DNA of 64,000 nucleotides from a virus. Location of the stretch: IMG/VR virus record IMGVR_UViG_2843255297_000002, positions 2,560 to 66,559 of that record; one strand, written 5' to 3'. This document shows, in pieces, positions 9,202 through 19,156 of the stretch. Under the pieces are notes generated by a model. That model saw only the letters and a program-made list of their open reading frames with translations. It made no database searches and was not told the origin of the DNA. The position numbers and the translations under genes were made by a program. Each line of letters begins with the position of its first letter. Position 1 is the stretch's first letter.

Positions 9202-12200
9202 TTACTGAAATGTGTCAAGAACACTCACGTTACCTACTACGAAAGACTTCTCATGCTTTCCACCAAAAGGTTTAATTTGAGATGAATCGTATTCCATGAA
9301 CGAATCTACTAATCTAAATGTTAATTTCGTGTAACCGATGTATCCTTTGCTAAAGAACTCGTTTTTATTGATCGGTGTTTCTAAATTAGGAACCTGCATA
9401 GGAACTTTATCAGTGTATAAATATGAAGGTAACTCGAACGTGTTAGTATATTCTCTTACAATCAAAACTGTAGTGTCCTCCGCATACCATCCCTTACCAG
9501 TTGCAAGATCATTCGTGCCACGAACTGCGTTTATCAAATCTGCCACTTTTTGCTCCGTTAATTTGGCACCTGTACCATTTTCAAATGTGTTGAAAATGTT
9601 TTGACCGACTGGTGTTGAAATATGCATTTTCGCTAGTGCCTCTTTTAAACCTTGTGGCAAGCTGTTTAAATCATAATTACCGTCAACTGCTACCAATTTA
9701 CCCCCTCGAACAAGCAATGTGTGCTCTACAACATTACGGGATTTCTGTTTCAACTTAATCGCTTTTTTCTTACCACCATACTCAACACCGTTGATTTTTA
9801 ACTTACCTTCAGCATTGAGTGCTACTTCCCAAGTTCCATCCGATTTCTTCGTTGCATAACGACTCAAAAACTCTTCGTTTATCTTATCAGTCGAATAAGT
9901 TGTTGACGGATTCCATGCGTTTTTGAGCGATGTTGCCCCGATATCTAATGCAAATGTTTTTAACTCTAACTGACCTTTTGTTTGGAAGTTTGTAGTGATT
10001 GCTGAACCTTTATAAAGAACACCCTTACCATTAGCTCCTAATCTACTTGCAAGAGCTTTTGCATTCGCATCTGTTGCTACCGACATGCCGGTTACAGAAG
10101 GCTTGATGTCTACATTCACGAATTGTGCTACATTGTAGTAAACTGGTTGCACTTGTCTCATTTTATCTCCTGCTACAAATGCTACTGATGTGTTCCCGTT
10201 AACATCATCATATACCATCGGAACCTCTGGATTGATGTTTAGTACTTGCTTATCTTGTTTCACTTCCGTATATTTACCATTCACTGAAGTTACAACATCT
10301 TTAAACTTTTTAGGTGCTTGATTAGCTTTCGGAATGTGTCTTCTGAAATTAACTGTCACATCATAATCAGCTGTCTTTGCACTACTTGTTGCTTGTCCAC
10401 TCCACGTATAAGGAACATAATAACCTGATGAAATTAATTTGCCATCCTTATCGTAAGTAGGTGGCACCCATCTATAACGTGTCTCGCTATAACCATAAGA
10501 TGCATAAGGGCTTCTTACCCCATATTTAAACATATAATTCTTCACTACCAATGGTTTGTTTTCTGCTACACCTTTATCTGTTACACCAATCCGACCATCA
10601 AATAAACTATACGGATTTACCCAAGATGCTAATTTTACATTACCAACAGAACTGTTATCTTTTACTGCTAATAAATCACCTGCTAAATTAAATGCTGCCA
10701 CCGTGTCATAAGCCGATAAATATTTAATTGTTGTGTCATTAAATAATTTTGCCTTGCTGTAAGCCCATTTCACATTGCTTAAATCTGGATCAATTAAACT
10801 AAAGTTTACATCACCAGTAGGAGATAAAACGGGATTTATAAACGTCTCAGAAGGTAACGTTAATGAGAAAATCGCTTTTGCTACACTATTTTTCGAAATA
10901 TCCTCGAAATACTTCGATAATCTCCACTCTGGTACATCATGACTCGATGCCGATACGTTTGTATCTTCAACTGCTTTTACATATAGCGTTAATCGCGCAT
11001 TTGAAAATACATCTTTACCTTTCTCTTTAACACCTTCGTATTTATTCTCTACTGATGAGATATTATCACCATCTCCACCAAGATATGTGTGTAGATAAAC
11101 TGGTTCTGGTGTGTCCCAACCAAGCATGATTTCCCAAGTGTTTGGATTATTCAATGAGATGTATCCATCTTCACCTTTAGATGACTTTGTTAAAGTAGAT
11201 TTATTGATATTTTCATTGTCACGTTTATCTACTAACGTGAATTTTGCTTTTTCTTCTTGAAGAATTTGATATGTCTTACCGTTATAAACAAATGTCATAC
11301 CACCTTTAATTATTTTGGAATCCTCAGAAGTTAATTTACCTAGAAACTTATTATCACTCTCTGACCAACCTTTTACTGGTGTCCGGAAACCACCTTTTCT
11401 TGCGCCTGTTTTATCTACTATCGATACATCTAACATCACGTCTATTTTCGGTGCTTTAGTGTGGTCTTCAAGATAAATATAACCCCAAGGTTGGTACCCC
11501 CAACCACCAAATGGGTTCTTCGATACATCTGCTGTTAACGGTACGTTTTTACTCATTGGTTTTAACGTTCTCGCATAATTATCTCTAGCATACGTTCTGA
11601 ACGTAAACGGTATATTACCATTCTCTTTATACGGTGACCTTAGTCCATCTGCCTCCGTACTGGCTCCACCTTTTGTTACAGCTTCTGCTTCTCTATTTGC
11701 TGATAACTTCTTTAATTTGCTATCGGTAGGTCTAGCCTTTTTTCTAACCCATAAATACCAATCTGTCGCATCATGAATCGACATAAATGCATAATCCCTT
11801 GATAATGGACTCTTATTATCTTTTACACTGATCCCTACTAATGTTTGAGCAAAGAATACTACCTCTTTATTTCTGTATGCTTCGCGCATCATACGCTCAA
11901 ACTTATCATACTGCTCACCTTTTAAGATTCCTCTGGCTTTAATTAACTCTAAATAACCATTAAACATATCTGACGCTGCTTTAGCATATGCGTCATTATC
12001 GTACCCCTCCATAGATAAAACATACCATTCTAACATATCCCTGAAAGACTCTCCTACAATTCCTGGTCCTGCTAACGTTCTGTTCGGATTTTTAGGGTCG
12101 ATATTGTATAAAGCATTACCTACAATACTTACAAATGCGTTGTCGCTGTTTTTTGATACATCTGCATAAGATAAAGTCCTTTTCATTAACTCTTCACGAC

Positions 12201-14364
12201 TTTGACCACCTGTACTGCCTTTATATAAAGGGTTTTTACCATATAATGTCTTAACTCTGCTACTTGAACCTTTATTCTCAAATGTTATTACACCTGAACC
12301 CGTCTTTCTGAATAATCCATCTGATACCTTGTTTGGTGCCATGTAGAATAACAAATGATCATAGTTGAATTTGAATGGATCTTGAAGGTCTTGCTTACTC
12401 GATTCAGAATTCAATATCCCTACACCATTAGCCTTTAACTTATTTGGAATAAAACCTACTTGTACTACTGCTACTCGATCCGATGTCTGGAATGTTCCAG
12501 CAGGTGTACCACTTGTCGCTCCACCCTTCGCAGGTGGTGTTCCTCCGATATTAGTGTCCGATGCTACTACACTCAATGGTGCAAAAGATGAAAAAATCGA
12601 TGTTAATAATGCACCAACTAATAAAATACTCATCAACTTTGTTTTAGGTGCGGAAATTTTACCATTTTTCCTGTAAAACACATAACTGCCAATAGCCCCG
12701 ATTAGCGATAGAATGAATAACACTAACATGATATAAATATCATCTCCTGTATGAGGTGTTGATACAGAACCCCCAAACACAACTCCTACACCTAATACAA
12801 CCTTTGTCTTAAAAGACTTTAGATCAATCGCTACTGTCGTTATTTTCCCAGTGTCATTATCCTTTAACATATACGATTCACCGGGTGCTACCGCAAAAAC
12901 TTGACTGCTTTTACCCTTGTATGCTTTTTTCGAGATTTTATCTACATTGATTACACTAAAGTTGTAGTCTTTACCGTCTTTATCAACCTCTAAGACATAT
13001 TTAGGTGAAAATACTATACCTAAAGATGCCGTACCGCCCTTTACTGTAACTGTTGAAGTCCTTAATTTCACATTTGCATATTTGGATTTAACAACTTCTA
13101 CTTTATATGTCCCATCTGGAATACCATAAATCTTTTGCGTGTTCAAATTTACCGTTTGTGTGATCACTGTTTTCCCATTTGTTAATTTAATATCTGCTTC
13201 TGCCCACGATTTGCTTAAATCCGTGTTGCCTGACACTTCTGGTTTAAGATCAATTACCCCAAGCTCTTTTTTATGCTCAAATACTACCGAATACGTTAAT
13301 ACTCCAGTCTGCCCACCAGTCACTGCCGATACAGGCAACTCGATTAACGCTTTACCATTTATACCGCCCTTTACTACTCTGTCTTCCGATGACACCAAAA
13401 ATTTCGGTGTTAATTTATCTCTGTCAACCCACACCATTCCTCTATCATCAGATACTAAAGACAAACTCCCTTTCTTATCAGATAACTTAATCTCAATATG
13501 AAACTTCTTAAGTGGTGCGCCTGACTCATCCACTAACGCTAAACCTACTTTATTATTGTCGGTGTAAAGAGCTCCTCCAATTGGACTTAATTTTGTACCA
13601 GTTAAATCTCTTATTGCTACCTCTTTACCTTCCTCCCCTTCATAATAATCAAAAGTCTTAATGCCGAATTTATAATACGTGTTTGGTTTCACATTGTATG
13701 CTTTTTCATCAACAAACTCGATGTACTTAAATACCTTATCTGCCTTGCGAGGAATCAAAGCGAACTCATCGCCTAATTTGTAACCCCTATGATTAAACAT
13801 TAAGTGATATACACCTGACTCACGATCATAATTCTTACTGTTGGCTATCGCTGTACCAATTAATTTATTCTCCTTTACAGACCAAAGCTCTAATGTGAAC
13901 TCTGGAATATATGTGCTCTCGGATTGCTCTGGTGTGTAGTAAATGTCTACATACAGCCCATCTTTTACAACTCTTCCTGACTTGTCCGTTACTACTTGAT
14001 CTTTAACTTGTTCATCCTTTGGTTGAGAAGTAACTTGCTGATTTTCTGGTTGAGATTGTTGATTCTCTTGTTGAGGTGTAACTTGTTGATCCTCTGGTTG
14101 AGGCTGCTGATTTTCTTTCTGAGGTGTGACTTGCTGATTTCCTTCTTGAGAATTAACTGCATCCTGTCCCCCTTCTAAACCATTAGATGCTGACTGATCC
14201 GATATAATCTGATTATTTACTTCTGTCACTGACTCTGTTCGCTGTTGCTCAGTTGCTTGGTTTTCTTGCACCGTAACAACCGAATCGCTATTCGCTAAAG
14301 CCGCTGTCGAAACCGATGAAAATATTAATGATAATGCTAAAACTGAACTCGATACTTTTAACAT
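9202..14364 (-). CDS. Large secreted/cell-surface protein (1720 aa) with internal sorting signal and second signal-peptide-like segment
   Basis: N-terminal signal peptide (ALA-N), Gln-rich 16-aa repeats, internal TPHTG+TM+RKNGK, then KTK-hydrophobic-VVA. Confidence 0.85.
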   Translation of the reverse strand: MLKVSSSVLALSLIFSSVSTAALANSDSVVTVQENQATEQQRTESVTEVNNQIISDQSASNGLEGGQDAVNSQEGNQQVTPQKENQQPQPEDQQVTPQQENQQSQPENQQVTSQPKDEQVKDQVVTDKSGRVVKDGLYVDIYYTPEQSESTYIPEFTLELWSVKENKLIGTAIANSKNYDRESGVYHLMFNHRGYKLGDEFALIPRKADKVFKYIEFVDEKAYNVKPNTYYKFGIKTFDYYEGEEGKEVAIRDLTGTKLSPIGGALYTDNNKVGLALVDESGAPLKKFHIEIKLSDKKGSLSLVSDDRGMVWVDRDKLTPKFLVSSEDRVVKGGINGKALIELPVSAVTGGQTGVLTYSVVFEHKKELGVIDLKPEVSGNTDLSKSWAEADIKLTNGKTVITQTVNLNTQKIYGIPDGTYKVEVVKSKYANVKLRTSTVTVKGGTASLGIVFSPKYVLEVDKDGKDYNFSVINVDKISKKAYKGKSSQVFAVAPGESYMLKDNDTGKITTVAIDLKSFKTKVVLGVGVVFGGSVSTPHTGDDIYIMLVLFILSLIGAIGSYVFYRKNGKISAPKTKLMSILLVGALLTSIFSSFAPLSVVASDTNIGGTPPAKGGATSGTPAGTFQTSDRVAVVQVGFIPNKLKANGVGILNSESSKQDLQDPFKFNYDHLLFYMAPNKVSDGLFRKTGSGVITFENKGSSSRVKTLYGKNPLYKGSTGGQSREELMKRTLSYADVSKNSDNAFVSIVGNALYNIDPKNPNRTLAGPGIVGESFRDMLEWYVLSMEGYDNDAYAKAASDMFNGYLELIKARGILKGEQYDKFERMMREAYRNKEVVFFAQTLVGISVKDNKSPLSRDYAFMSIHDATDWYLWVRKKARPTDSKLKKLSANREAEAVTKGGASTEADGLRSPYKENGNIPFTFRTYARDNYARTLKPMSKNVPLTADVSKNPFGGWGYQPWGYIYLEDHTKAPKIDVMLDVSIVDKTGARKGGFRTPVKGWSESDNKFLGKLTSEDSKIIKGGMTFVYNGKTYQILQEEKAKFTLVDKRDNENINKSTLTKSSKGEDGYISLNNPNTWEIMLGWDTPEPVYLHTYLGGDGDNISSVENKYEGVKEKGKDVFSNARLTLYVKAVEDTNVSASSHDVPEWRLSKYFEDISKNSVAKAIFSLTLPSETFINPVLSPTGDVNFSLIDPDLSNVKWAYSKAKLFNDTTIKYLSAYDTVAAFNLAGDLLAVKDNSSVGNVKLASWVNPYSLFDGRIGVTDKGVAENKPLVVKNYMFKYGVRSPYASYGYSETRYRWVPPTYDKDGKLISSGYYVPYTWSGQATSSAKTADYDVTVNFRRHIPKANQAPKKFKDVVTSVNGKYTEVKQDKQVLNINPEVPMVYDDVNGNTSVAFVAGDKMRQVQPVYYNVAQFVNVDIKPSVTGMSVATDANAKALASRLGANGKGVLYKGSAITTNFQTKGQLELKTFALDIGATSLKNAWNPSTTYSTDKINEEFLSRYATKKSDGTWEVALNAEGKLKINGVEYGGKKKAIKLKQKSRNVVEHTLLVRGGKLVAVDGNYDLNSLPQGLKEALAKMHISTPVGQNIFNTFENGTGAKLTEQKVADLINAVRGTNDLATGKGWYAEDTTVLIVREYTNTFELPSYLYTDKVPMQVPNLETPINKNEFFSKGYIGYTKLTFRLVDSFMEYDSSQIKPFGGKHEKSFVVGNVSVLDTFQ

Positions 14365-14514
14365 TTTTATCCCTCCTAACTTTTTTGTATTGCTTGTAAA
14401 ACTGATAATTGTTCTTCACTCCCTTTTATTCATTAGTGTGTACTCGTATATAAATAAACTAGATGCCCAAACTAGTCTTAAAATCGAACCCATGTCTTGA
14501 AAAATATAAAAAAT

Positions 14515-14548
14515 ATGAGGTTCGATGTTTTGATGCATCGAACCTCAT
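14515..14548 (-). terminator. Intrinsic terminator
   Basis: ATGAGGTTCGATG/CATCGAACCTCAT 13-bp inverted repeat followed by T-rich sequence on the minus strand. Confidence 0.7.
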
Positions 14549-14560
14549 GCTTGGATTACT

Positions 14561-16024
14561 TTACTTTATTTGACCATATGTGGATTGAAAAATTATCTTA
14601 GCACCTTTCTTTAAAGAACTATTGAGGTCTACACGCATGAAAGAACCTGCGCCCGGTTTGAACCAATGTCCCTCAATCTGTACTAACATATCTGCATGAC
14701 CTGAACCTGCAATAATTAATGTGTTATATCCCATCGCATCCCATACTGCCGAATATACTTGCGCATCTGCATCACAATCACTTACTCTGCGAACTAAATT
14801 GTCATAGGCTGAACGAGGTTTCCCATCGCCTGGGTCAACTGTACCACTTGCTAATGTACCTGCTAAAAATCCAGTCTTCCATGCCCTGATTACCCCTTCT
14901 TTACTTACACCTGCACTAACTAAATCTCCTATACTGCCTTGTGCTAAATACAATCCTACATTTCGCTCTGAACGGTCTCTCTTGTCACCATTAAATCTAG
15001 CTCCATCTAAATACTCTAAATAATACTTGTTCCTCGATTCGCCAAAAACAAGCTTGTCGTACTCCTTTGATATATGCTCTCTTACTATTTTCATCACTGT
15101 ATCATACTCTTTTTGATTCCTACTAGCATATGTGTGACCACCGTACAATACCTTTATCCCGTTCACCGTCTGCGCTTTACTCGTGATCACCACTACCTTC
15201 GGTACAGATAACCACTCTACCGAAGAACCTAACGACACCTTCAAGAAATCAACTGGTATCATTGTTACCCCGTTCTTTATAAACATCTTTGCCGATAACT
15301 TTACCGACTTTCCATTTACATATGCAAAATCTTTCCCTCTCGGTAATTTAATCACTGTATTCCCTTTAGTTATGATTACCGTGTTCGTCTTTGTGTCAGA
15401 TGTTACTTTCGCCCCTAACTTTTCATAAATATCTCTAAGTGGAACGAATACTATGCCTTTTTGCTCTATCGGCTGTTGCTTATAAAACTGCGGTACTCCA
15501 TCTATATACACCGATATTGGTGTTAACCTCTTTACAACCGTAAGCGATTCTACATATTCATTCCTAACATCCAACGTGATATTATGCGAAAGTCCAGATA
15601 ATGTTGATTCCGCTAACACAAGTGTTTTATATAAATTATTGGTTGAAGTAAACTGATTTGCATTTATCTTATTCTCTATATCCTTCAAACTAGAATGTAA
15701 CAATGATAATGTTGCTAAAGTCAAACCGTTTTTCTTTAAAACATCTAGTGCTAAATTTACATTTGCTAAAAGTGTAGCATCATCTTGATATTTTTGAGTC
15801 ACTTGTGCTACTTGTGTTGGTGTTTGAGTAGACGAAGCCGCCTCAACCGTACCTCCACTGAAGCCTAACGCTCCCATTAAAACAGTGCTGATTAATAAAT
15901 TACTTATCACAAGACTAAACGATCGTTTTACACTCTTATTTGTACCCTTATTCCTCGTATAAACTGATGTCATGTGAACCTGAGTGTTTGTAGAAACAAC
16001 TGAGTCTTTTTGATTTGGCTTCAA
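14561..16024 (-). CDS. Secreted protein with copper-amine-oxidase N-terminal (stalk) domain and C-terminal transglutaminase-like domain
   Basis: Signal/TM segment; PISVYIDG..FVPLRDIYEKLGAKV..AYVNGK stalk pattern; SDCDADA..MGY..GHAD..QIEGHW Cys-His pattern. Confidence 0.75.
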   Translation of the reverse strand: MKPNQKDSVVSTNTQVHMTSVYTRNKGTNKSVKRSFSLVISNLLISTVLMGALGFSGGTVEAASSTQTPTQVAQVTQKYQDDATLLANVNLALDVLKKNGLTLATLSLLHSSLKDIENKINANQFTSTNNLYKTLVLAESTLSGLSHNITLDVRNEYVESLTVVKRLTPISVYIDGVPQFYKQQPIEQKGIVFVPLRDIYEKLGAKVTSDTKTNTVIITKGNTVIKLPRGKDFAYVNGKSVKLSAKMFIKNGVTMIPVDFLKVSLGSSVEWLSVPKVVVITSKAQTVNGIKVLYGGHTYASRNQKEYDTVMKIVREHISKEYDKLVFGESRNKYYLEYLDGARFNGDKRDRSERNVGLYLAQGSIGDLVSAGVSKEGVIRAWKTGFLAGTLASGTVDPGDGKPRSAYDNLVRRVSDCDADAQVYSAVWDAMGYNTLIIAGSGHADMLVQIEGHWFKPGAGSFMRVDLNSSLKKGAKIIFQSTYGQIK

Positions 16025-16536
16025 GGTGAACCGCCTCCTCTCTTATTAAAAATCAACTACGCATAATCGGTTGTAATTATTATGAATTAGGTTTCCATTC
16101 AACTCTTAAAATTCAGTTGTTTCTAGACGTTTATTAAATTTATGACTACTTAACTATCCGAGATAATCTCTCCTATTTCGTTCAAATCCATCCCTTAAAA
16201 GTTAGTTAAGTGCATGATCAACCGCATCATCCATATAACTTTCTAATTTCTCTAAAACACCATACTCTTCAGCAACGGAATCACTCATTTGCTTTATAAT
16301 AGCTTCGTTTAGCAGTAAATATGAAGTAGGTTAATAAATATTTCTTAAATGTGATATTTTTCTAGTATTTTTAAAATTTATGACGAATAAATTACCTTCT
16401 AAAAATACTTAACTCTTTTTTTCTTTTTTATCTCACACTCCCCTAAAACATAAAATAAAAACCATCCCCGAAAGAATGGCTTTCACCTAATCTTATTATA
16501 CAGTATCATCCAAGCTCTATTTTGAACAAAAATTCC

Positions 16537-17181
16537 TTATATACTGTCCGTCATCTTACCACCACTTCTACACCAGTTTACGAAATGTTCACAATTATTA
16601 AAAACCAAATTATATCTTTTTTCACCTAACCTAGAATATGCTCTACTGATAATCTCTTCTTTAGAGTAGGTAGCCACGCTATCAACAACTCCCATTTCAC
16701 AATCTTTTTTAAAATCTTCTAAGCTATCTATCCTTACTTCACCTTCTGAATAATGAATTACCTGATTGTTACCAATATACAGACCATGATGAGTATAGCC
16801 TATTCCATACTCTATTCGTTTAGCTATTAAGTGATCAGCCAACTCTAACTCAGAACCTCTTTTTAATTCTTTCCATTCTTTTGATTCTCGAAGTATAGAT
16901 TTCATATCTGGCACTATTGTATTTTTTGATTCGAAGATAGGAGGTTCGAAGATAGTAGGATTGGACTTTGTAAAGTTACCAATAGCTTGAGCAAGTCTGT
17001 CTGCTCCTTCAACCGCTTTACCCACAGTAGGATTATGTTCTTTTACAATATCTTTCATGTCTGTTCCAAATTTCTTCATATCTTGCCTTACACCAGACAC
17101 AAATTCTTTATTTACCTCATGCATTTCTTCAAAAAACCACTTAACGTTTTTAAAAAACTCCATGAATTGTCCCCCTCCCAA
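16537..17181 (-). CDS. LRAT-family (permuted NlpC/P60) protein
   Basis: YTHHGLYIG, VIHY and YNLVFNNCEHFVNWC motifs. Confidence 0.88.
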   Translation of the reverse strand: MGGGQFMEFFKNVKWFFEEMHEVNKEFVSGVRQDMKKFGTDMKDIVKEHNPTVGKAVEGADRLAQAIGNFTKSNPTIFEPPIFESKNTIVPDMKSILRESKEWKELKRGSELELADHLIAKRIEYGIGYTHHGLYIGNNQVIHYSEGEVRIDSLEDFKKDCEMGVVDSVATYSKEEIISRAYSRLGEKRYNLVFNNCEHFVNWCRSGGKMTDSI

Positions 17182-17285
17182 ACTTACTAATAAATTCCAC
17201 TATATTTATACAATGTCCTTCTTCCACATTCCTGCCCGTTAATTAAAAAATCAACATTATACGTTAACAACAAAGTGAAAAAATA

Positions 17286-17312
17286 AAAAAAAGCGACATC
17301 ACTGTCGCTTTT
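17286..17312 (-). terminator. Terminator of the element-borne tRNA
   Basis: AAAAGCGACA-gtga-TGTCGCTTTTTTT on the minus strand. Confidence 0.75.
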
Positions 17313-17325
17313 GCTAGTATGTATA

Positions 17326-17397
17326 TGGAGCATATCGGATTCGAACCGATGACCTCTTCGCTGCCAGCGAAGCGTTCTCCCACTGAACTAATGCCCC
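17326..17397 (-). tRNA. tRNA-Ala(GGC), element-borne, no encoded CCA
   Basis: GGGGCAT/ATGCTCC acceptor stem with G3:U70, CTTCG-CTGGCAG-CGAAG anticodon arm, ATCGG-TTCGAAT-CCGAT T arm. Confidence 0.93.
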
Positions 17398-17624
17398 ATT
17401 CTTATGACACTTTTCATTATGGACACTACTTATATTATCATAAAAAACAGAAAAATATCAACTACAAAATGCACTCCCATTCGTCATTTTACCCTATCCT
17501 TTTATAAAAATCATTTCTTGGATTCACCGTCATATTCACATAATAAATGCTATTTGCTATACTTTTGCTTGAATAGAACACGAAGCTGTTTTTCAAGGAT
17601 TTTGGGCAGTGTAACTGACAAGCG

Positions 17625-17646
17625 TGGGAGAGCGTCGTGCTGGCAG
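17625..17646 (+). repeat. attL core of prophage (22 bp)
   Basis: TGGGAGAGCGTCGTGCTGGCAG, identical to 63047-63068 inside tRNA-Ala; ~150 bp upstream of the integrase. Confidence 0.92.
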
Positions 17647-17792
17647 GAGTCAATTCCCTTTCTAGTGCCAAAATTCCCTTGGTTGCAACGTTTTTGGCTA
17701 AAAAGTGCACAGAGCTCACTGACAGAGCTACCCCGAGCGAGAAACAGACCTCATAGCTGGGAAGAAAAATCTCGGCTAGGAGGTCATTTTTT

Positions 17793-18701
17793 ATGCTCAT
17801 CGAACTCGCATGGAAAGAAATGCTTGCTGACAAAAAACTGGAAGGACTTACCCCTAATTCCCTCAGAAGCTATGACTCACTGTGGGGAACTTTCTCCAAG
17901 TATCTCCAAGAAATGGGTATTGAAAGAACAGACCAACTCAACCCTCGAGTCATTAAGGGCTACCTCAAATGGTGCGAAGAACGAGGAAACAACCCTGTAA
18001 CGATTAATGGCAAACTCAAGCTCCTGAGAGCCTTTGGGAAGTGGCTCCATGAGGAAGGAATTACAGAGGAATATTGTTGCAGGAACGTTAAGGCTCTAAG
18101 AGTTGATGAAAGCCCTCGTATAGTTAAAGAGGGGGATATTCGCAAAGCCCTCTCCTATTTAAGACGCATGAAAAGACGTGAGGATAGCTTCTATGCTATA
18201 AGAAACCACACAATTATTATATTCCTTATAGGAACTGGCTTGCGAGCTGGGGAGCTTTGCGCTCTCAACTGGGAGGATATTGACTGGGACGAGTCACTCA
18301 TTATTCTCCGTAAGACAAAAAACAGAAAACTCTCGAGTGTCCCAATGAGCGAGACGGTCAAGAGGGAGCTCTCCTCGTGGCAGGCTTATGTTGACAGACA
18401 CTTTAGAGAGCGTCCAAAACCATTGTTTTGTACTCGAGAAGGTGAACGACTCACTAGAAATGGCATAAGACTTATGTTTCAACGTCTCAGAGAGCGAGCT
18501 GGCATAGAAGGAACATTTTGTGCTCACTCTATGAGAAACGTATTTATTAAGAACTTACTCAAAAACAATGCAAACCTCCGAGAAGTCCAACTTCTCGCCA
18601 GACATTCCAAGATTGAGGTCACTAAGCAGTATGTTGGATACTTTCAGCATGAACTCAAGGACGCAATCGACGAACACGACCCTCTCAAAGGTTTGTATTA
18701 A
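17793..18701 (+). CDS. int: Tyrosine integrase
   Basis: TGLRAGEL (R), KTKN (K), HSMR, LARHS..TKQY catalytic motifs; N-terminal SAM-like domain; AGGAGG SD. Confidence 0.95.
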   Translation: MLIELAWKEMLADKKLEGLTPNSLRSYDSLWGTFSKYLQEMGIERTDQLNPRVIKGYLKWCEERGNNPVTINGKLKLLRAFGKWLHEEGITEEYCCRNVKALRVDESPRIVKEGDIRKALSYLRRMKRREDSFYAIRNHTIIIFLIGTGLRAGELCALNWEDIDWDESLIILRKTKNRKLSSVPMSETVKRELSSWQAYVDRHFRERPKPLFCTREGERLTRNGIRLMFQRLRERAGIEGTFCAHSMRNVFIKNLLKNNANLREVQLLARHSKIEVTKQYVGYFQHELKDAIDEHDPLKGLY

Positions 18702-18732
18702 AAAAAAGTATGTCCATAGTATTAATGAGGTA

Positions 18733-18761
18733 TTGACAAGCTACCTCAGTAATATTACAAT
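18733..18761 (+). promoter_or_regulatory. SigA-type promoter of the RHH-like gene with a degenerate operator in the spacer
   Basis: TTGACA-17bp-TACAAT; spacer contains CTACCTCAGTAATA. Confidence 0.75.
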
Positions 18762-18834
18762 AAAAGTGTAGTCAACAAAAGCCAAAAATAATGGTAAAAT
18801 AAAAAAAACAATAAGTATGGAGGGTGTAAAAATC

Positions 18835-19038
18835 ATGAAAAAAGTCAAGTCGGTTGCATTCAATATTGCTGACCCTATGGAGTATGCTTTGTATCAATAC
18901 GCTAATAAACACAAATACTTTTCCACTTATGTAAAGAGATTAATTCAACGTGACATGGAAAATGGTCACAAAGTAGACCTCAAAGAGATTGAAAAAATAT
19001 CCGAGTTGTTCAAAGAAAATACAAAAGATGAAGAATAA
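18835..19038 (+). CDS. Small ribbon-helix-helix-like DNA-binding protein, candidate repressor
   Basis: KVKSVAFN strand followed by two helices (EYALYQYANK; FSTYVKRLIQRDM); own promoter and terminator next to int. Confidence 0.6.
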   Translation: MKKVKSVAFNIADPMEYALYQYANKHKYFSTYVKRLIQRDMENGHKVDLKEIEKISELFKENTKDEE

Positions 19039-19043
19039 GACTT

Positions 19044-19081
19044 GAGGGAGGAATGCTTAAAACCTCCCTCGTTTTTTTTTT
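19044..19081 (+). terminator. Intrinsic terminator
   Basis: GAGGGAGG/CCTCCCTC stem followed by T10. Confidence 0.85.
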
Positions 19082-19093
19082 GTTAATTGCCCC

Positions 19094-19123
19094 TTGACTT
19101 TGGTATTACCAGAGTATTATAAT
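19094..19123 (+). promoter_or_regulatory. SigA-type early promoter with operator
   Basis: TTGACT-18bp-TATAAT overlapping GTATTACCAGAGTATTAT. Confidence 0.75.
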
Positions 19124-19156
19124 GGTCTTACCAAGAGGTCAAGGAGGTTGAAAACA

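Larger units (their letters stand above)
1..17646. mobile_element. Right end of an AT-rich integrative element (ICE/integrated plasmid-like)
   Basis: Visibly lower GC than the rest; co-oriented minus-strand cargo genes; ends at a 22-bp tRNA-Ala-derived core; carries its own tRNA-Ala. Integrase and left end are not in the window. Confidence 0.65.

Noticed and set aside
17404..18000. 198-aa ORF overlapping att and integrase
   Set aside because: Spans the att junction and overlaps int out of frame; no SD or motifs
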